Origin: Rhodocyclaceae bacterium | Lineage (GTDB): Bacteria > Pseudomonadota > Gammaproteobacteria > Burkholderiales > Rhodocyclaceae | Reading direction: 5' to 3' | Assembly: GCA_046295975.1 (NCBI GenBank) | Contig: JBKBMG010000004.1 | Location: 69,403-133,402, forward strand | Length of the DNA: 64,000 nt | Position numbers and translations under genes: made by a program | Notes under the pieces: generated by a model | Told to the model about the DNA's origin: nothing | Database searches by the model: none | The model's input: only the letters and a program-made list of their open reading frames with translations | Shown: in pieces, positions 41,973-50,486 of the stretch | Position numbering within the stretch: position 1 is the stretch's first letter | How the letters are laid out: every line of letters starts with the position of its first letter

Positions 41973-43562
41973 ATGTACGAATGCAATCTGTTGATCGGCG
42001 GCGCCGATCGTGCCGCGGCCGGCGGCGCCACCTTCAACCGGATCGACCCGGTCAGCGGCGAGGTGGCGACCCGTGCCGCAGCCGCCACCGTGGCCGATGC
42101 CCAGGCCGCGGCCGAGGCTGCGCGCGCCGCTGCGCCGGCTTGGGCTGCCCAGCCGCCGGCGGCACGCCGTGCGCTGCTGCTCAAGGCAGCCGACGTGCTC
42201 GAGGCCAAGGCGCCCGAGTTCATTGCCCGCGGTGTCGCCGAGGCGGGCGGTGCGCCGGGCTGGTACGGCTTCAACGTCATGCTGGCCGCGAGCATGTTGC
42301 GCGAGGCCGCCAGCATGACCACCCAGGTCACCGGCGAGACCATTCCCTCCAACGTGCCCGGCTGCTTCGCCATGTCGCTGCGCCAGCCGGTGGGCGTGGT
42401 GCTGGGCATCGCGCCGTGGAATGCGCCGCTCATCCTCGGTGTGCGCGCAATCGCGATGCCGCTGGCCTGCGGCAACAGCGTGGTGCTGAAAGCCTCGGAA
42501 ACCTGCCCGGCGCTGCACCGGCCGGTGGGCGTGGTGCTGGGCATCGCGCCGTGGAATGCGCCGCTCATCCTCGGTGTGCGCGCAATCGCGATGCCGCTGG
42601 CCTGCGGCAACAGCGTGGTGCTGAAAGCCTCGGAAACCTGCCCGGCGCTGCACCGGCTGATCGGCACGGTGTTCGAAGAGGCCGGCTTCCCGGCCGGCGT
42701 GGTGAACGTGGTCACCAATGCGCCGGACGACGCCCCCGCGGTGGTCGAAGCCTTGATCGCACACGATGCGGTGCGGCGGGTGAATTTCACCGGTTCCACC
42801 CATGTGGGCCGGATCATCGCGCAGATGGCCGCGCGCCACCTGAAGCCGGTGCTGCTGGAGTTGGGCGGCAAGAATCCGCTGGTGATCCTGCACGATGCCG
42901 ATCTCGACGAAGCGGTGCAGGCGGCCGCCTTTGCGGCGTTCTTCAATCAAGGCCAGATCTGCATGTGCACCGATCGCATCATCATTGATCGCAGGATCGC
43001 GGATGCCTTCGTCGACAAGCTCGCATCCAAGGCCAGGACACTCGCGGCCGGCACACCGGGTGCAGAGGGCGCGGTCCTCGCCGCGATGGTCGACGCGCGG
43101 GCGGCAGAACGCGTGCGTGGGCTGGTGGACGATGCGGTTGCCAAGGGCGCGCGCCTGCCGCTCGGGCCGCTGCAGATCGACGGCGCCATCATGCAGCCGG
43201 TGATGCTCGACGGCGTCACCGCCGAGATGCGCTTCTATGCCGAGGAGTCTTTCGGCCCGGTGGTCGGGATCGAGCGCTTCGACGACGAGGCCGAGGCGTT
43301 GCGCCTGGCCAACGACAGTGAATACGGGCTGTCGGCGGCGGTGTTCAGCCGCGATGTCGCGCGTGCGCTGGAATTTGCCAAACGGGTGGAGTCGGGCATC
43401 TGCCACGTCAATTCTTCCACCGTCGCCGACGAGGCGCAGATGCCGTTCGGCGGTGTGAAGGCGAGCGGTTACGGGCGCTTCGGCGGCAAGGCGGCGATCG
43501 ACGCATTCACCGAGTTGCGCTGGATCACGCTGCAGACCACGCCGCGCCACTACCCGGTGTAA
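41973..43562 (+). CDS. vdh: Vanillin/aryl-aldehyde dehydrogenase carrying an internal 45-aa tandem duplication
   Basis: 529 aa from MYECNLLIGG..., with GGAGG upstream. ALDH motifs APWNAP, FTGSTHVG, LELGGKNP and GQICMCTDR are present. The segment PVGVVLGIAPWNAPLILGVRAIAMPLACGNSVVLKASETCPALHR occurs twice in tandem. Without it the protein would be 484 aa, the normal length. Confidence 0.85.
   Translation: MYECNLLIGGADRAAAGGATFNRIDPVSGEVATRAAAATVADAQAAAEAARAAAPAWAAQPPAARRALLLKAADVLEAKAPEFIARGVAEAGGAPGWYGFNVMLAASMLREAASMTTQVTGETIPSNVPGCFAMSLRQPVGVVLGIAPWNAPLILGVRAIAMPLACGNSVVLKASETCPALHRPVGVVLGIAPWNAPLILGVRAIAMPLACGNSVVLKASETCPALHRLIGTVFEEAGFPAGVVNVVTNAPDDAPAVVEALIAHDAVRRVNFTGSTHVGRIIAQMAARHLKPVLLELGGKNPLVILHDADLDEAVQAAAFAAFFNQGQICMCTDRIIIDRRIADAFVDKLASKARTLAAGTPGAEGAVLAAMVDARAAERVRGLVDDAVAKGARLPLGPLQIDGAIMQPVMLDGVTAEMRFYAEESFGPVVGIERFDDEAEALRLANDSEYGLSAAVFSRDVARALEFAKRVESGICHVNSSTVADEAQMPFGGVKASGYGRFGGKAAIDAFTELRWITLQTTPRHYPV
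42386..42655 (+). repeat. Perfect direct tandem duplication, 2 x 135 bp, in frame within vdh
   Basis: 42386-42520 is identical base-for-base to 42521-42655, checked by hand. The junction is ambiguous by 2 nt ('gc'). Confidence 0.97.
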
Positions 43563-43578
43563 GCGGGGCGCGACATCC

Positions 43579-45444
43579 ATGACTGCATCGAACCGACAAG
43601 CCTTCGCCGGCTATCGGGCGGTGTCCATCGGCTCCGCGCCGGTGGACGTCCGCAGCGAGGCCGGCGAAGGCGGCACGATCTGGTATCTGCGCTGCACCGA
43701 GCCCCTGCAGGCACATCCGCTGCGATTGACCGACTGCCTGATCGAGGGCGCCGGGCGCCACCCCGAGCGCACCCTGGTGGCGCGCCGGGGGGCGGACGGC
43801 GAATGGGTGCGCATCTGTTACGCCGACATGCTCGCCCGTGCCCGCGCCATCGGGCAGGCCTTGCTTGAGCGCGGGTTGTCACCCGAGCGGCCGTTGCTCA
43901 TCCTGTCGGGCAACGACCTTGAGCATCTGCAGCTGGCGCTTGGGGCCATGCTGGCGGGCGTGCCGTACTGCCCGATGTCGCCGGCCGCATCGCTGGTGTC
44001 GTCCGACTTCGGCAAGCTGGCGCATGCCTTGTCCTTGCTCACGCCCGGCATGGTCTACGCGACCGAGGGCGAGGCCTACGCCCGCGCGATCCGCGCCAAG
44101 GTGCCGGAATCGGTGGAGGTCGTGGTGGGGCAGGGCGCGGTCGACGGCCGTTCGTGCACGCATCTGGACGAACTACTGGCCACCGTGCCGCGCGACATCG
44201 ACGCGGTGCACCACGGGCTTGGCCCCGACACCATCGCCAAGTTCCTGTTTACCTCGGGCTCGACCAAGCTGCCCAAGGCCGTCACCACCACCCACCGCAT
44301 GCTCTGCGCCAATCAGCAGATGCTGCTGCAGACCTTTCCGTGCTTCGGCGAGGTGCCGCCGGTATTGGTCGACTGGCTCCCGTGGAACCACACCTTTGGC
44401 GGCAGCCACAACGTTGGCATCGCGCTTTACAACGGTGGCAGCTACTACATCGACGATGGGCGGCCGACGCCACAGGGCATGGCGGAGACCTTGCGCAACC
44501 TGCGCGACGTCGCACCCACCGTATTCTTCAACGTGCCCAAGGGGTGGGAGCTGCTCACCGAGGCGCTGGAGCAGGATGCGGCGCTGCGCGACACCTTTTA
44601 TTCGCGTGTGAAGATGTTCCTGTTTGCCGGTGCGGGATTGTCGCAGGCCGCCTGGGACCGCCTTGAGCGGGTGAGCGAGGCGCACTGCGGCGAGCGCATC
44701 CGCATCATGAGCGGGCTGGGCATGACCGAGACCTCGCCGTCATGCACCTTCACCACCGGACCCGAGATTCGCGCGGGCTACGTCGGCCTGCCGGTGCCGG
44801 GCTGCGAGGTCAGGCTGGTGCCGGTCGACGGCAAGCTTGAGGCGCGCTTCCGCGGGCCGCACGTGATGCCGGGCTACTGGCGGGCGCCGGAGCAGACCCA
44901 CGAGGCCTTCGATGGGGCGGGCTTTTATCGCACAGGGGATGCGCTGAAGTGGGTGGACGTCGAGCGCCCCGAGCTGGGCCTGCTGTTCGACGGCCGGATT
45001 GCCGAGGACTTCAAGCTCTCGTCCGGCACTTTTGTCAGCGTCGGGCCGCTGCGCGCACGCCTCATCAGCGAGGGCGCACCCTATGTACAGGATGTGGTGG
45101 TGACCGGCATCAACCGCGACGACATCGGCGTGATGATCTTCCCGCGTTTGGAGCATTGCAGCCGTCTGGCCGGTTTGTCGGCCGACGCGCCGGCGCACGA
45201 GATTCTTGCCGCCGCCCCGGTGCGGACCTGGGCTGCCAATCTGCTCGCCCGCGCCAACCAAGGTGCAACCGGTTCCGCCAGTCGTGTCGCGCGGTTGCGC
45301 CTGCTGGAGGAAGCACCGGCGATCGATGCCGGCGAAATCACCGACAAGGGCTCGATCAACCAACGAGCGGTACTGGCACGCCGTGCCGCCCTGGTCGAGG
45401 CCATGTACGACGGCAGCGATCCGCATACCCTCACGATCGCCTGA
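43579..45444 (+). CDS. fcs: Feruloyl-CoA synthetase (AMP-forming acyl-CoA ligase family)
   Basis: 621 aa with the AMP-binding motif FTSGSTKLPKAV and TGD..K in the C-terminal part. It lies immediately downstream of ech-vdh. The size and N-terminal region resemble Pseudomonas Fcs. Confidence 0.88.
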   Translation: MTASNRQAFAGYRAVSIGSAPVDVRSEAGEGGTIWYLRCTEPLQAHPLRLTDCLIEGAGRHPERTLVARRGADGEWVRICYADMLARARAIGQALLERGLSPERPLLILSGNDLEHLQLALGAMLAGVPYCPMSPAASLVSSDFGKLAHALSLLTPGMVYATEGEAYARAIRAKVPESVEVVVGQGAVDGRSCTHLDELLATVPRDIDAVHHGLGPDTIAKFLFTSGSTKLPKAVTTTHRMLCANQQMLLQTFPCFGEVPPVLVDWLPWNHTFGGSHNVGIALYNGGSYYIDDGRPTPQGMAETLRNLRDVAPTVFFNVPKGWELLTEALEQDAALRDTFYSRVKMFLFAGAGLSQAAWDRLERVSEAHCGERIRIMSGLGMTETSPSCTFTTGPEIRAGYVGLPVPGCEVRLVPVDGKLEARFRGPHVMPGYWRAPEQTHEAFDGAGFYRTGDALKWVDVERPELGLLFDGRIAEDFKLSSGTFVSVGPLRARLISEGAPYVQDVVVTGINRDDIGVMIFPRLEHCSRLAGLSADAPAHEILAAAPVRTWAANLLARANQGATGSASRVARLRLLEEAPAIDAGEITDKGSINQRAVLARRAALVEAMYDGSDPHTLTIA

Positions 45445-45475
45445 GGCCGCAAGGTCATCAAGCCGCGGAGCCAGA

Positions 45476-46354
45476 ATGGATTTCGACGCCCTGGAAGCGA
45501 TCGACGTGCACGTGCACGCCGAGGTCTCGTGCCGTTGTCCGGCCGACGACTTCGGCAAGGAATTCGACGAGGCGGCCGAGCGCTACTTCGGTTTTCAACA
45601 CCGCCCGACGATTGCCGAAACCATCGCTTACTACCGTGCGCGCAAGCTGGGTCTGGTGATGTTCACCGTGGACGCCGAGTTCGAGACGGGGCGGCGGCGC
45701 ATTCCCAACGAGGAAATCGCCGAAGCGGCCCGGGCCAATCGCGACATGATGATCGCCTTCGCCAGCATCGATCCGCACAAGGGCAAGATGGGGCTGCGCG
45801 AGGCGCGACACCTGATCGAAACCTACCGCGTCGGTGGGTTCAAGTTCCATCCGACGGTGCAGGGCTTCTTTCCCAACGACCGGATGGCCTACCCACTCTA
45901 TGAACTGATTGCCGCCCATCGCCTGCCGGCAATCTTCCATAGCGGTCATTCGGGCATCGGCACCGGCATGCCGGGCGGTGGCGGACTGCGCCTGAAGTAC
46001 TCCAATCCGATTCATCTGGACGATGTCGCGGCGGATTTCCCGGACATGAAGATCGTCATCGCTCACCCTTCCTGGCCTTGGCAGGACGAGGCCTTGTCGG
46101 TCTGCCTGCACAAGCCCAATGTTTTTATCGACCTGTCCGGCTGGTCGCCCAAGTACTTTCCGCCGCAACTGGTGCAATACGCCAACACCCGCCTGCGCGA
46201 CCGCATGTTGTTCGGCTCCGACTTTCCCTTGATCACGCCCGAGCGCTGGATTGCCGACTTCGATACAGCGGGTTTTCGGCCAGACGTCAAGCCGTTGATC
46301 TTCAAAGAGAACGCCAGACGTCTGCTGGCGGACTCGGCGGCGGAACGGGAGTGA
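45476..46354 (+). CDS. Amidohydrolase-2 family metal-dependent hydrolase/decarboxylase
   Basis: 292 aa starting MDFDALEAIDVHVHAE..., with FKFHP, FHSGHSG, AHPSWPW and FGSDFP (TIM-barrel amidohydrolase pattern). Confidence 0.8.
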   Translation: MDFDALEAIDVHVHAEVSCRCPADDFGKEFDEAAERYFGFQHRPTIAETIAYYRARKLGLVMFTVDAEFETGRRRIPNEEIAEAARANRDMMIAFASIDPHKGKMGLREARHLIETYRVGGFKFHPTVQGFFPNDRMAYPLYELIAAHRLPAIFHSGHSGIGTGMPGGGGLRLKYSNPIHLDDVAADFPDMKIVIAHPSWPWQDEALSVCLHKPNVFIDLSGWSPKYFPPQLVQYANTRLRDRMLFGSDFPLITPERWIADFDTAGFRPDVKPLIFKENARRLLADSAAERE

Positions 46355-46477
46355 ATGATGTCCGGGAATGCGTTCGTCCGCAGCACTGATCGGCGCAATC
46401 GGAGGAATTGAGTCATAGATATAACATAATGTAGGATATCAAACTGAGATCACCTGTCGCTGCGAAGGAGTCTTCGT

Positions 46478-47422
46478 TTGAGCTTTCTTGCCTTATTCGT
46501 CAGCCTTCCCACCAAGGCGTCGACCGGCCGCATGCGTGTCTGGCGCTCTGTCAAGGCGCTGGGTTGCGCGACGCTGCGCGATGGGGTCTACGTGCTACCC
46601 GACTCGGTGGACAGTGCCGCGACGCTCAACGAAGTGGCAGCGCACGCGGTGGAAGCGGGGGGGAGCGGTGAGGTCTATCGACTCTCGGGGTGTGACGAAT
46701 TTCAGGAAGCCGCGCTACGCGCGCTGTTCGACCGGGGGGAGGAGTACGCCAGCATCGCCGAGGAGATCAAAGCGCTCGGGCGAAGTCTGGCATCGCTGGA
46801 CGATGGCGCCGCCGCACGCAAGCTCCAGCCGCTCGTGCGTCGGTTCGAACAGGTCACAGGCATCGATTTTTTCCCCGGGGAGGCGCAGCGGCAGACCTTG
46901 AGCCTGCTGGATGACCTGCGCGACGCGATCACCCGCCGTATGTCGCCCGACGAGCCGACCGCCCGGCAGGCGGGTATTCCGCGATTGGACCGTGCCGACT
47001 ATCAGGGCCGGACCTGGGCCACGCGGGCACGCCCGTGGGTGGACCGACTTGCCTCCGCCTGGCTGATCCGGCGGTTCATCGACCGGAGCGCGCACATCGT
47101 CTGGCTGGCAAGTCCCGCCGACTGCCGCGACGGCTGGCTCGGCTTCGATTTCGACGGCGCGGTCTTCAGCCACGTCGACACCAAGGTCACCTTCGAGACG
47201 CTACTGACGAGTTTCGCACTCGATTCGACTCCCGCGCTGGTCCGGGTGGGGGAACTGGTGCATTGCCTGGACGTAGGAGGGCTCCCGGTCGCGGAAGCGC
47301 CAGGCGTTGAATCACTGCTTGCGGGCTTGCGCGCATCCGAACCCGATGACGACGCGCTGCTCGCCCGCGCGTGCGAACTCTTCGACTGGCTGCTGAAGAG
47401 CTATGAGGAAATATCAGCGTGA
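46478..47422 (+). CDS. chrB: Chromate resistance regulator ChrB
   Basis: 314 aa. The N-terminus ...LPTKASTGRMRVWRSVKALGCATLRDGVYVLP is typical of ChrB. TTG start 7 nt after AAGGAG. Confidence 0.85.
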   Translation: MSFLALFVSLPTKASTGRMRVWRSVKALGCATLRDGVYVLPDSVDSAATLNEVAAHAVEAGGSGEVYRLSGCDEFQEAALRALFDRGEEYASIAEEIKALGRSLASLDDGAAARKLQPLVRRFEQVTGIDFFPGEAQRQTLSLLDDLRDAITRRMSPDEPTARQAGIPRLDRADYQGRTWATRARPWVDRLASAWLIRRFIDRSAHIVWLASPADCRDGWLGFDFDGAVFSHVDTKVTFETLLTSFALDSTPALVRVGELVHCLDVGGLPVAEAPGVESLLAGLRASEPDDDALLARACELFDWLLKSYEEISA

Positions 47423-48762
47423 ACTCCCAGACCCGATCACAACTACGGCCCGCCCACCCCCCGTTCCGGGAGGCCTTCGCCTATTGGCTGAAACTTGGCT
47501 TCATCAGCTTCGGTGGTCCAGCCGGGCAGATCGCCATCATGCATCAGGAGTTGGTAGAGAAGCGCCGCTGGATTTCCGAGCATCGCTTCCTGCACGCGCT
47601 CAATTACTGCATGCTGCTGCCCGGCCCCGAAGCTCAGCAACTGGCCATCTATATCGGCTGGTTGCTGCACCGTACCTGGGGTGGCATCGTCGCCGGTGTC
47701 CTGTTCGTGCTGCCTTCGCTCTTCATCCTCGCGGCGCTCACCTACGTCTACCTGGCCTTTGGTGACGTCTCGTACGTGCGGGGGGTGTTCAACGGCATCA
47801 AGCCGGCGGTAGTGGCCATCGTGGTGTTCGCCGCCTGGCGCATCGGCTCGCGTGTGTTGAAGAACAGCGCTTTGTGGGCGCTGGCGGTCCTGTCCTTCAT
47901 CGCGATCTTCGTCTTCAGGGTACCCTTTCCCTATATCGTTGTCGCAGCCGGCGTCCTGGGTTTCATCGGCGGCAGGGTGGCTCCCGACAAGTTCAAGGTC
48001 GGCGGTGGCCATGGCGCTTCGGACAAGGGCTACGGGCCAGCCGTCATCGACGACGACACGCCCCCCATGGCGCATACGCGCTTTCGCTGGCCCTACCTCA
48101 TCACGCTCTTGGTGGCGGCGCTCGTAACCTGGGTCGCAGCCATGGCCTTGCTGGGGCAGCCGGTCTTGAAGGATATGGGCGCGTTCTTCACGAAGGCGGC
48201 ACTCGTCACCTTCGGTGGCGCCTACGCGGTGCTGCCCTATGTCTATCAGGGCGGCGTGGAGCACTACCAGTGGCTGACCGGTACGCAGATGATCGACGGC
48301 CTGGCCTTGGGTGAGAGTACGCCGGGGCCGCTCATCATGGTCGTGTCTTTCGTTGGTTTCGTCGGCGCCTGGACCAAGGAGATCTTCGGGCCCGATGCCT
48401 TGCTGCTGGCCGGCTTCGCGGGCGCCTCCGTGGCCACTTTCTTCACCTTCCTGCCCAGCTTCGTCTTCATCCTGGCCGGCGCACCCCTGGTGGAGTCCAC
48501 CCACGGCGACCTGAAGTTCACCGCGCCACTCACCGGCATCACCGCCGCCGTGGTCGGGGTGATTGTGAACCTCGCGCTGTTCTTTGCTTATTACGTGCTT
48601 TGGCCCCAAGGCTTCGAAGGGCCCTTCGACACCGTTTCTGCACCGATCACCGTAGCCGCGGCCATCGCCCTGCTGCGCTTCAAGCGTGGCGTGATCGAAA
48701 CATTACTCGGCTGCGCGGTTATTGGCTTTGCCGCACAGCTCTTGACGACAGGTGTGACATGA
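47419..48762 (+). CDS. chrA: Chromate ion transporter ChrA (two CHR domains)
   Basis: 447 aa containing FREAFAYWLKLGFISFGGPAGQIAIMH...MLLPGPEAQQLAIYIGW. The second half has LVTFGGAYAVLPYV...LGESTPGPL. GTGA overlap with the chrB stop. Confidence 0.92.
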   Translation: MNSQTRSQLRPAHPPFREAFAYWLKLGFISFGGPAGQIAIMHQELVEKRRWISEHRFLHALNYCMLLPGPEAQQLAIYIGWLLHRTWGGIVAGVLFVLPSLFILAALTYVYLAFGDVSYVRGVFNGIKPAVVAIVVFAAWRIGSRVLKNSALWALAVLSFIAIFVFRVPFPYIVVAAGVLGFIGGRVAPDKFKVGGGHGASDKGYGPAVIDDDTPPMAHTRFRWPYLITLLVAALVTWVAAMALLGQPVLKDMGAFFTKAALVTFGGAYAVLPYVYQGGVEHYQWLTGTQMIDGLALGESTPGPLIMVVSFVGFVGAWTKEIFGPDALLLAGFAGASVATFFTFLPSFVFILAGAPLVESTHGDLKFTAPLTGITAAVVGVIVNLALFFAYYVLWPQGFEGPFDTVSAPITVAAAIALLRFKRGVIETLLGCAVIGFAAQLLTTGVT

Positions 48763-49085
48763 GTGCGATTACCGCCCCAGAACTCGCCCTTTGGCAACGC
48801 GGCGGCTTGGACTTTGCGCTGCTTGACGTGCGGCGCACCGAGAAGCGCCGCAGCGATGGCGACCATATTCCGGGAGACCGTTGGCTCGACCCCGCGAGCT
48901 GGCTCGACTGGAAGGACAGCATCGCAACCGACCGCCCCGCGGTCGTCTACTGCGCTCACGGCCACGAGATCAGTCAGGGTTTGACCGCCGCGCTGCGCGT
49001 AATTGGGGTGGACGCCCGCTACCTTGAAGGGGGCATCGCAGCCTGGCGCGGAGTCGGTGGTTCGGTCGAGGCGATCGGGTTATGA
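48759..49085 (+). CDS. Rhodanese-domain protein (ChrE-like position)
   Basis: 108 aa with LLDVRR...IPG and the active-site loop VVYCAHGHEISQ. ATGA overlap with the chrA stop. Confidence 0.8.
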   Translation: MSAITAPELALWQRGGLDFALLDVRRTEKRRSDGDHIPGDRWLDPASWLDWKDSIATDRPAVVYCAHGHEISQGLTAALRVIGVDARYLEGGIAAWRGVGGSVEAIGL

Positions 49086-49231
49086 AACAGGCACCAGAGC
49101 ATGCCGGTATCGCCCATCCGCTCGTGGGCGCGTGGGCGTGCCTGTTCAGAAGCCGAACCTCCGCATGACGTAGAGCCCGCCCGCCAGCGCCGCGTTGCGC
49201 GGTTGGCTGGATCGCTGAGAAAACCATTGCC

Positions 49232-49260
49232 AAGGCGGCGATCGGTGACGCCGCCGCCTT
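49232..49260. terminator. Stem-loop between the convergent rhodanese and phnA genes
   Basis: Stem 'aaggcggcg' / 'cgccgcctt' with an 11-nt loop, 13 nt beyond the phnA stop. Confidence 0.4.
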
Positions 49261-49272
49261 CAGCCTTTGTGT

Positions 49273-49611
49273 TCAGGCTTTCTTGACGAATTCGGACTTG
49301 AGCTGCATCGATCCAAAGCCGTCGATCTTGCAGTCGATGTCGTGATCGCCCTCGATCAGGCGAATGTTCTTGACCTTGGTGCCAACTTTCACCACCGATG
49401 ACGAACCCTTGACCTTCAGATCCTTGATCACGGTGACCGAGTCCCCGTCCTGCAGCACGTTACCGTTGGCGTCCTTCCATACGCGCGCGGTCTCGGCGGA
49501 TGCCTCGGACGTCGCGCTCCACTCGTGTGCGCATTCGGGGCAGACCAGAAGGCCGCCGTCTTCATAGGTGTAGGTGGAGTCGCATTTGGGGCAATTGGGC
49601 AAGGTACTCAT
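49273..49611 (-). CDS. phnA: Zinc-ribbon protein PhnA/YjdM
   Basis: 112 aa starting [31 protein letters not shown].... It also contains [25 protein letters not shown] and [20 protein letters not shown]. Confidence 0.92.
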   Translation of the reverse strand: MSTLPNCPKCDSTYTYEDGGLLVCPECAHEWSATSEASAETARVWKDANGNVLQDGDSVTVIKDLKVKGSSSVVKVGTKVKNIRLIEGDHDIDCKIDGFGSMQLKSEFVKKA

Positions 49612-49842
49612 CGGGAATGTCGGTTCCTGTGGCGGTTGAACGAAGCACGGCTGCGTGCCAGCGAAGCTGTGCCGGTGTGCAAACCGGGTTTTGGCAAGGC
49701 ACGCGGCGCACCGCGACCGGGACACATCAAGCGGATAAGCGAGGGCGCGAGCGCCGCCAATGACCCGATGTCTGGCGATCATCGGGACGCGCAGTGGATT
49801 GATTCACAAAATGGGAGCGGCGCAGCTGCCGGGCGTACGCCA

Positions 49843-50025
49843 CTAGTCAGCACTGGAGCGCGAGGCTTCCAATTTCCAGTCTACCCCGTGGGCCTTCAGA
49901 TACTCGCCAATCAGGCGGCGTACGACCTGCGAGGGGGTCACGTCGTCCTGTGCGCAGAGTTCTTCGAAGGCCTTCTTCTTCGCGGGATCGATCAGAACCG
50001 TCAACCGGGCGGTTTTCTGTTCCAT
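49843..50025 (-). CDS. Small ribbon-helix-helix (CopG/Arc-like) protein, orphan
   Basis: 60 aa. RLTVLIDPAKKKAFEELCAQDDVTPSQVVRRLIGEYL fits a beta-strand/helix/helix RHH pattern. Confidence 0.65.
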   Translation of the reverse strand: MEQKTARLTVLIDPAKKKAFEELCAQDDVTPSQVVRRLIGEYLKAHGVDWKLEASRSSAD

Positions 50026-50411
50026 GTACGGTCTCGGTGCGGATTATCATTGAATGTGTCTCAAGTTTAAACACAATTGTAATGGGCACAAAGACCTCAC
50101 CCCGCTGGCTCGTCTGCGAACGAGGTCTGTACATCGCCTGTTCTGGCTACAAACACTTGCGCAGGTCGAGGCAGTGTTCATTTCGGTGAAGTTGCCGATC
50201 GAATGTTTCTACGTCGCGCTGTAGCGGTGCCGGGTGCCACACCATCTCTTTCGTTATGCATGCCCAAGTCGCGAGCGATGCGGCTACACACGAGTTGATC
50301 TGCGAATACCACGCTTGGTGTGCGATGTGCTCCGCTTCGTGTGCCAATCCCCGGCACGGCCGCGGCCAGGCCGGCGTTGAGTAGTGAATGGGGCTGGGAT
50401 AGAATCTCGCT

Positions 50412-50443
50412 CGCAACCGCAATGTAATGTTATTGCGATTGCA
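50412..50443. promoter_or_regulatory. Imperfect 12-bp inverted repeat CGCAACCGCAAT-N8-ATTGCGATTGCA upstream of the ABC operon; adjacent sigma70-like TTGATT-N16-TACACT (50445-50472)
   Basis: Seen directly, with 10/12 arm complementarity. It lies in a 38 % GC tract 44 nt before ATG 50487. Confidence 0.35.
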
Positions 50444-50486
50444 GTTGATTCCAATTATTTGATGTTTACACTGCTTCCCGAGCCCC

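Noticed and set aside
42386-42655. Tandem repeat as a CRISPR or VNTR array
   Set aside because: There are only two units, with no spacers, and they lie fully inside an enzyme gene in frame. It is a simple segmental duplication. No CRISPR-like repeat-spacer architecture was seen anywhere in the window.
41868-43580. 570-aa minus-strand ORF opposite vdh, with its own internal 45-aa repeat
   Set aside because: This antisense shadow ORF has a repeat that simply mirrors the 135-bp DNA duplication. The plus-strand frame carries all the ALDH motifs.
46380-46477. Dyad 'gatataacataatgtaggatatc' upstream of chrB as a ChrB operator
   Set aside because: The arms are short and imperfect (GATAT/ATATC) in an AT-rich tract, where such matches arise by chance. 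It is mentioned only as part of the island-boundary observation.
49843-50025. RHH gene as the antitoxin of a toxin-antitoxin pair
   Set aside because: No toxin-sized ORF lies immediately downstream, since 49612-49842 has none. The only upstream ORF is 121 nt away and resembles no toxin family I recognise. It is called an orphan RHH regulator.
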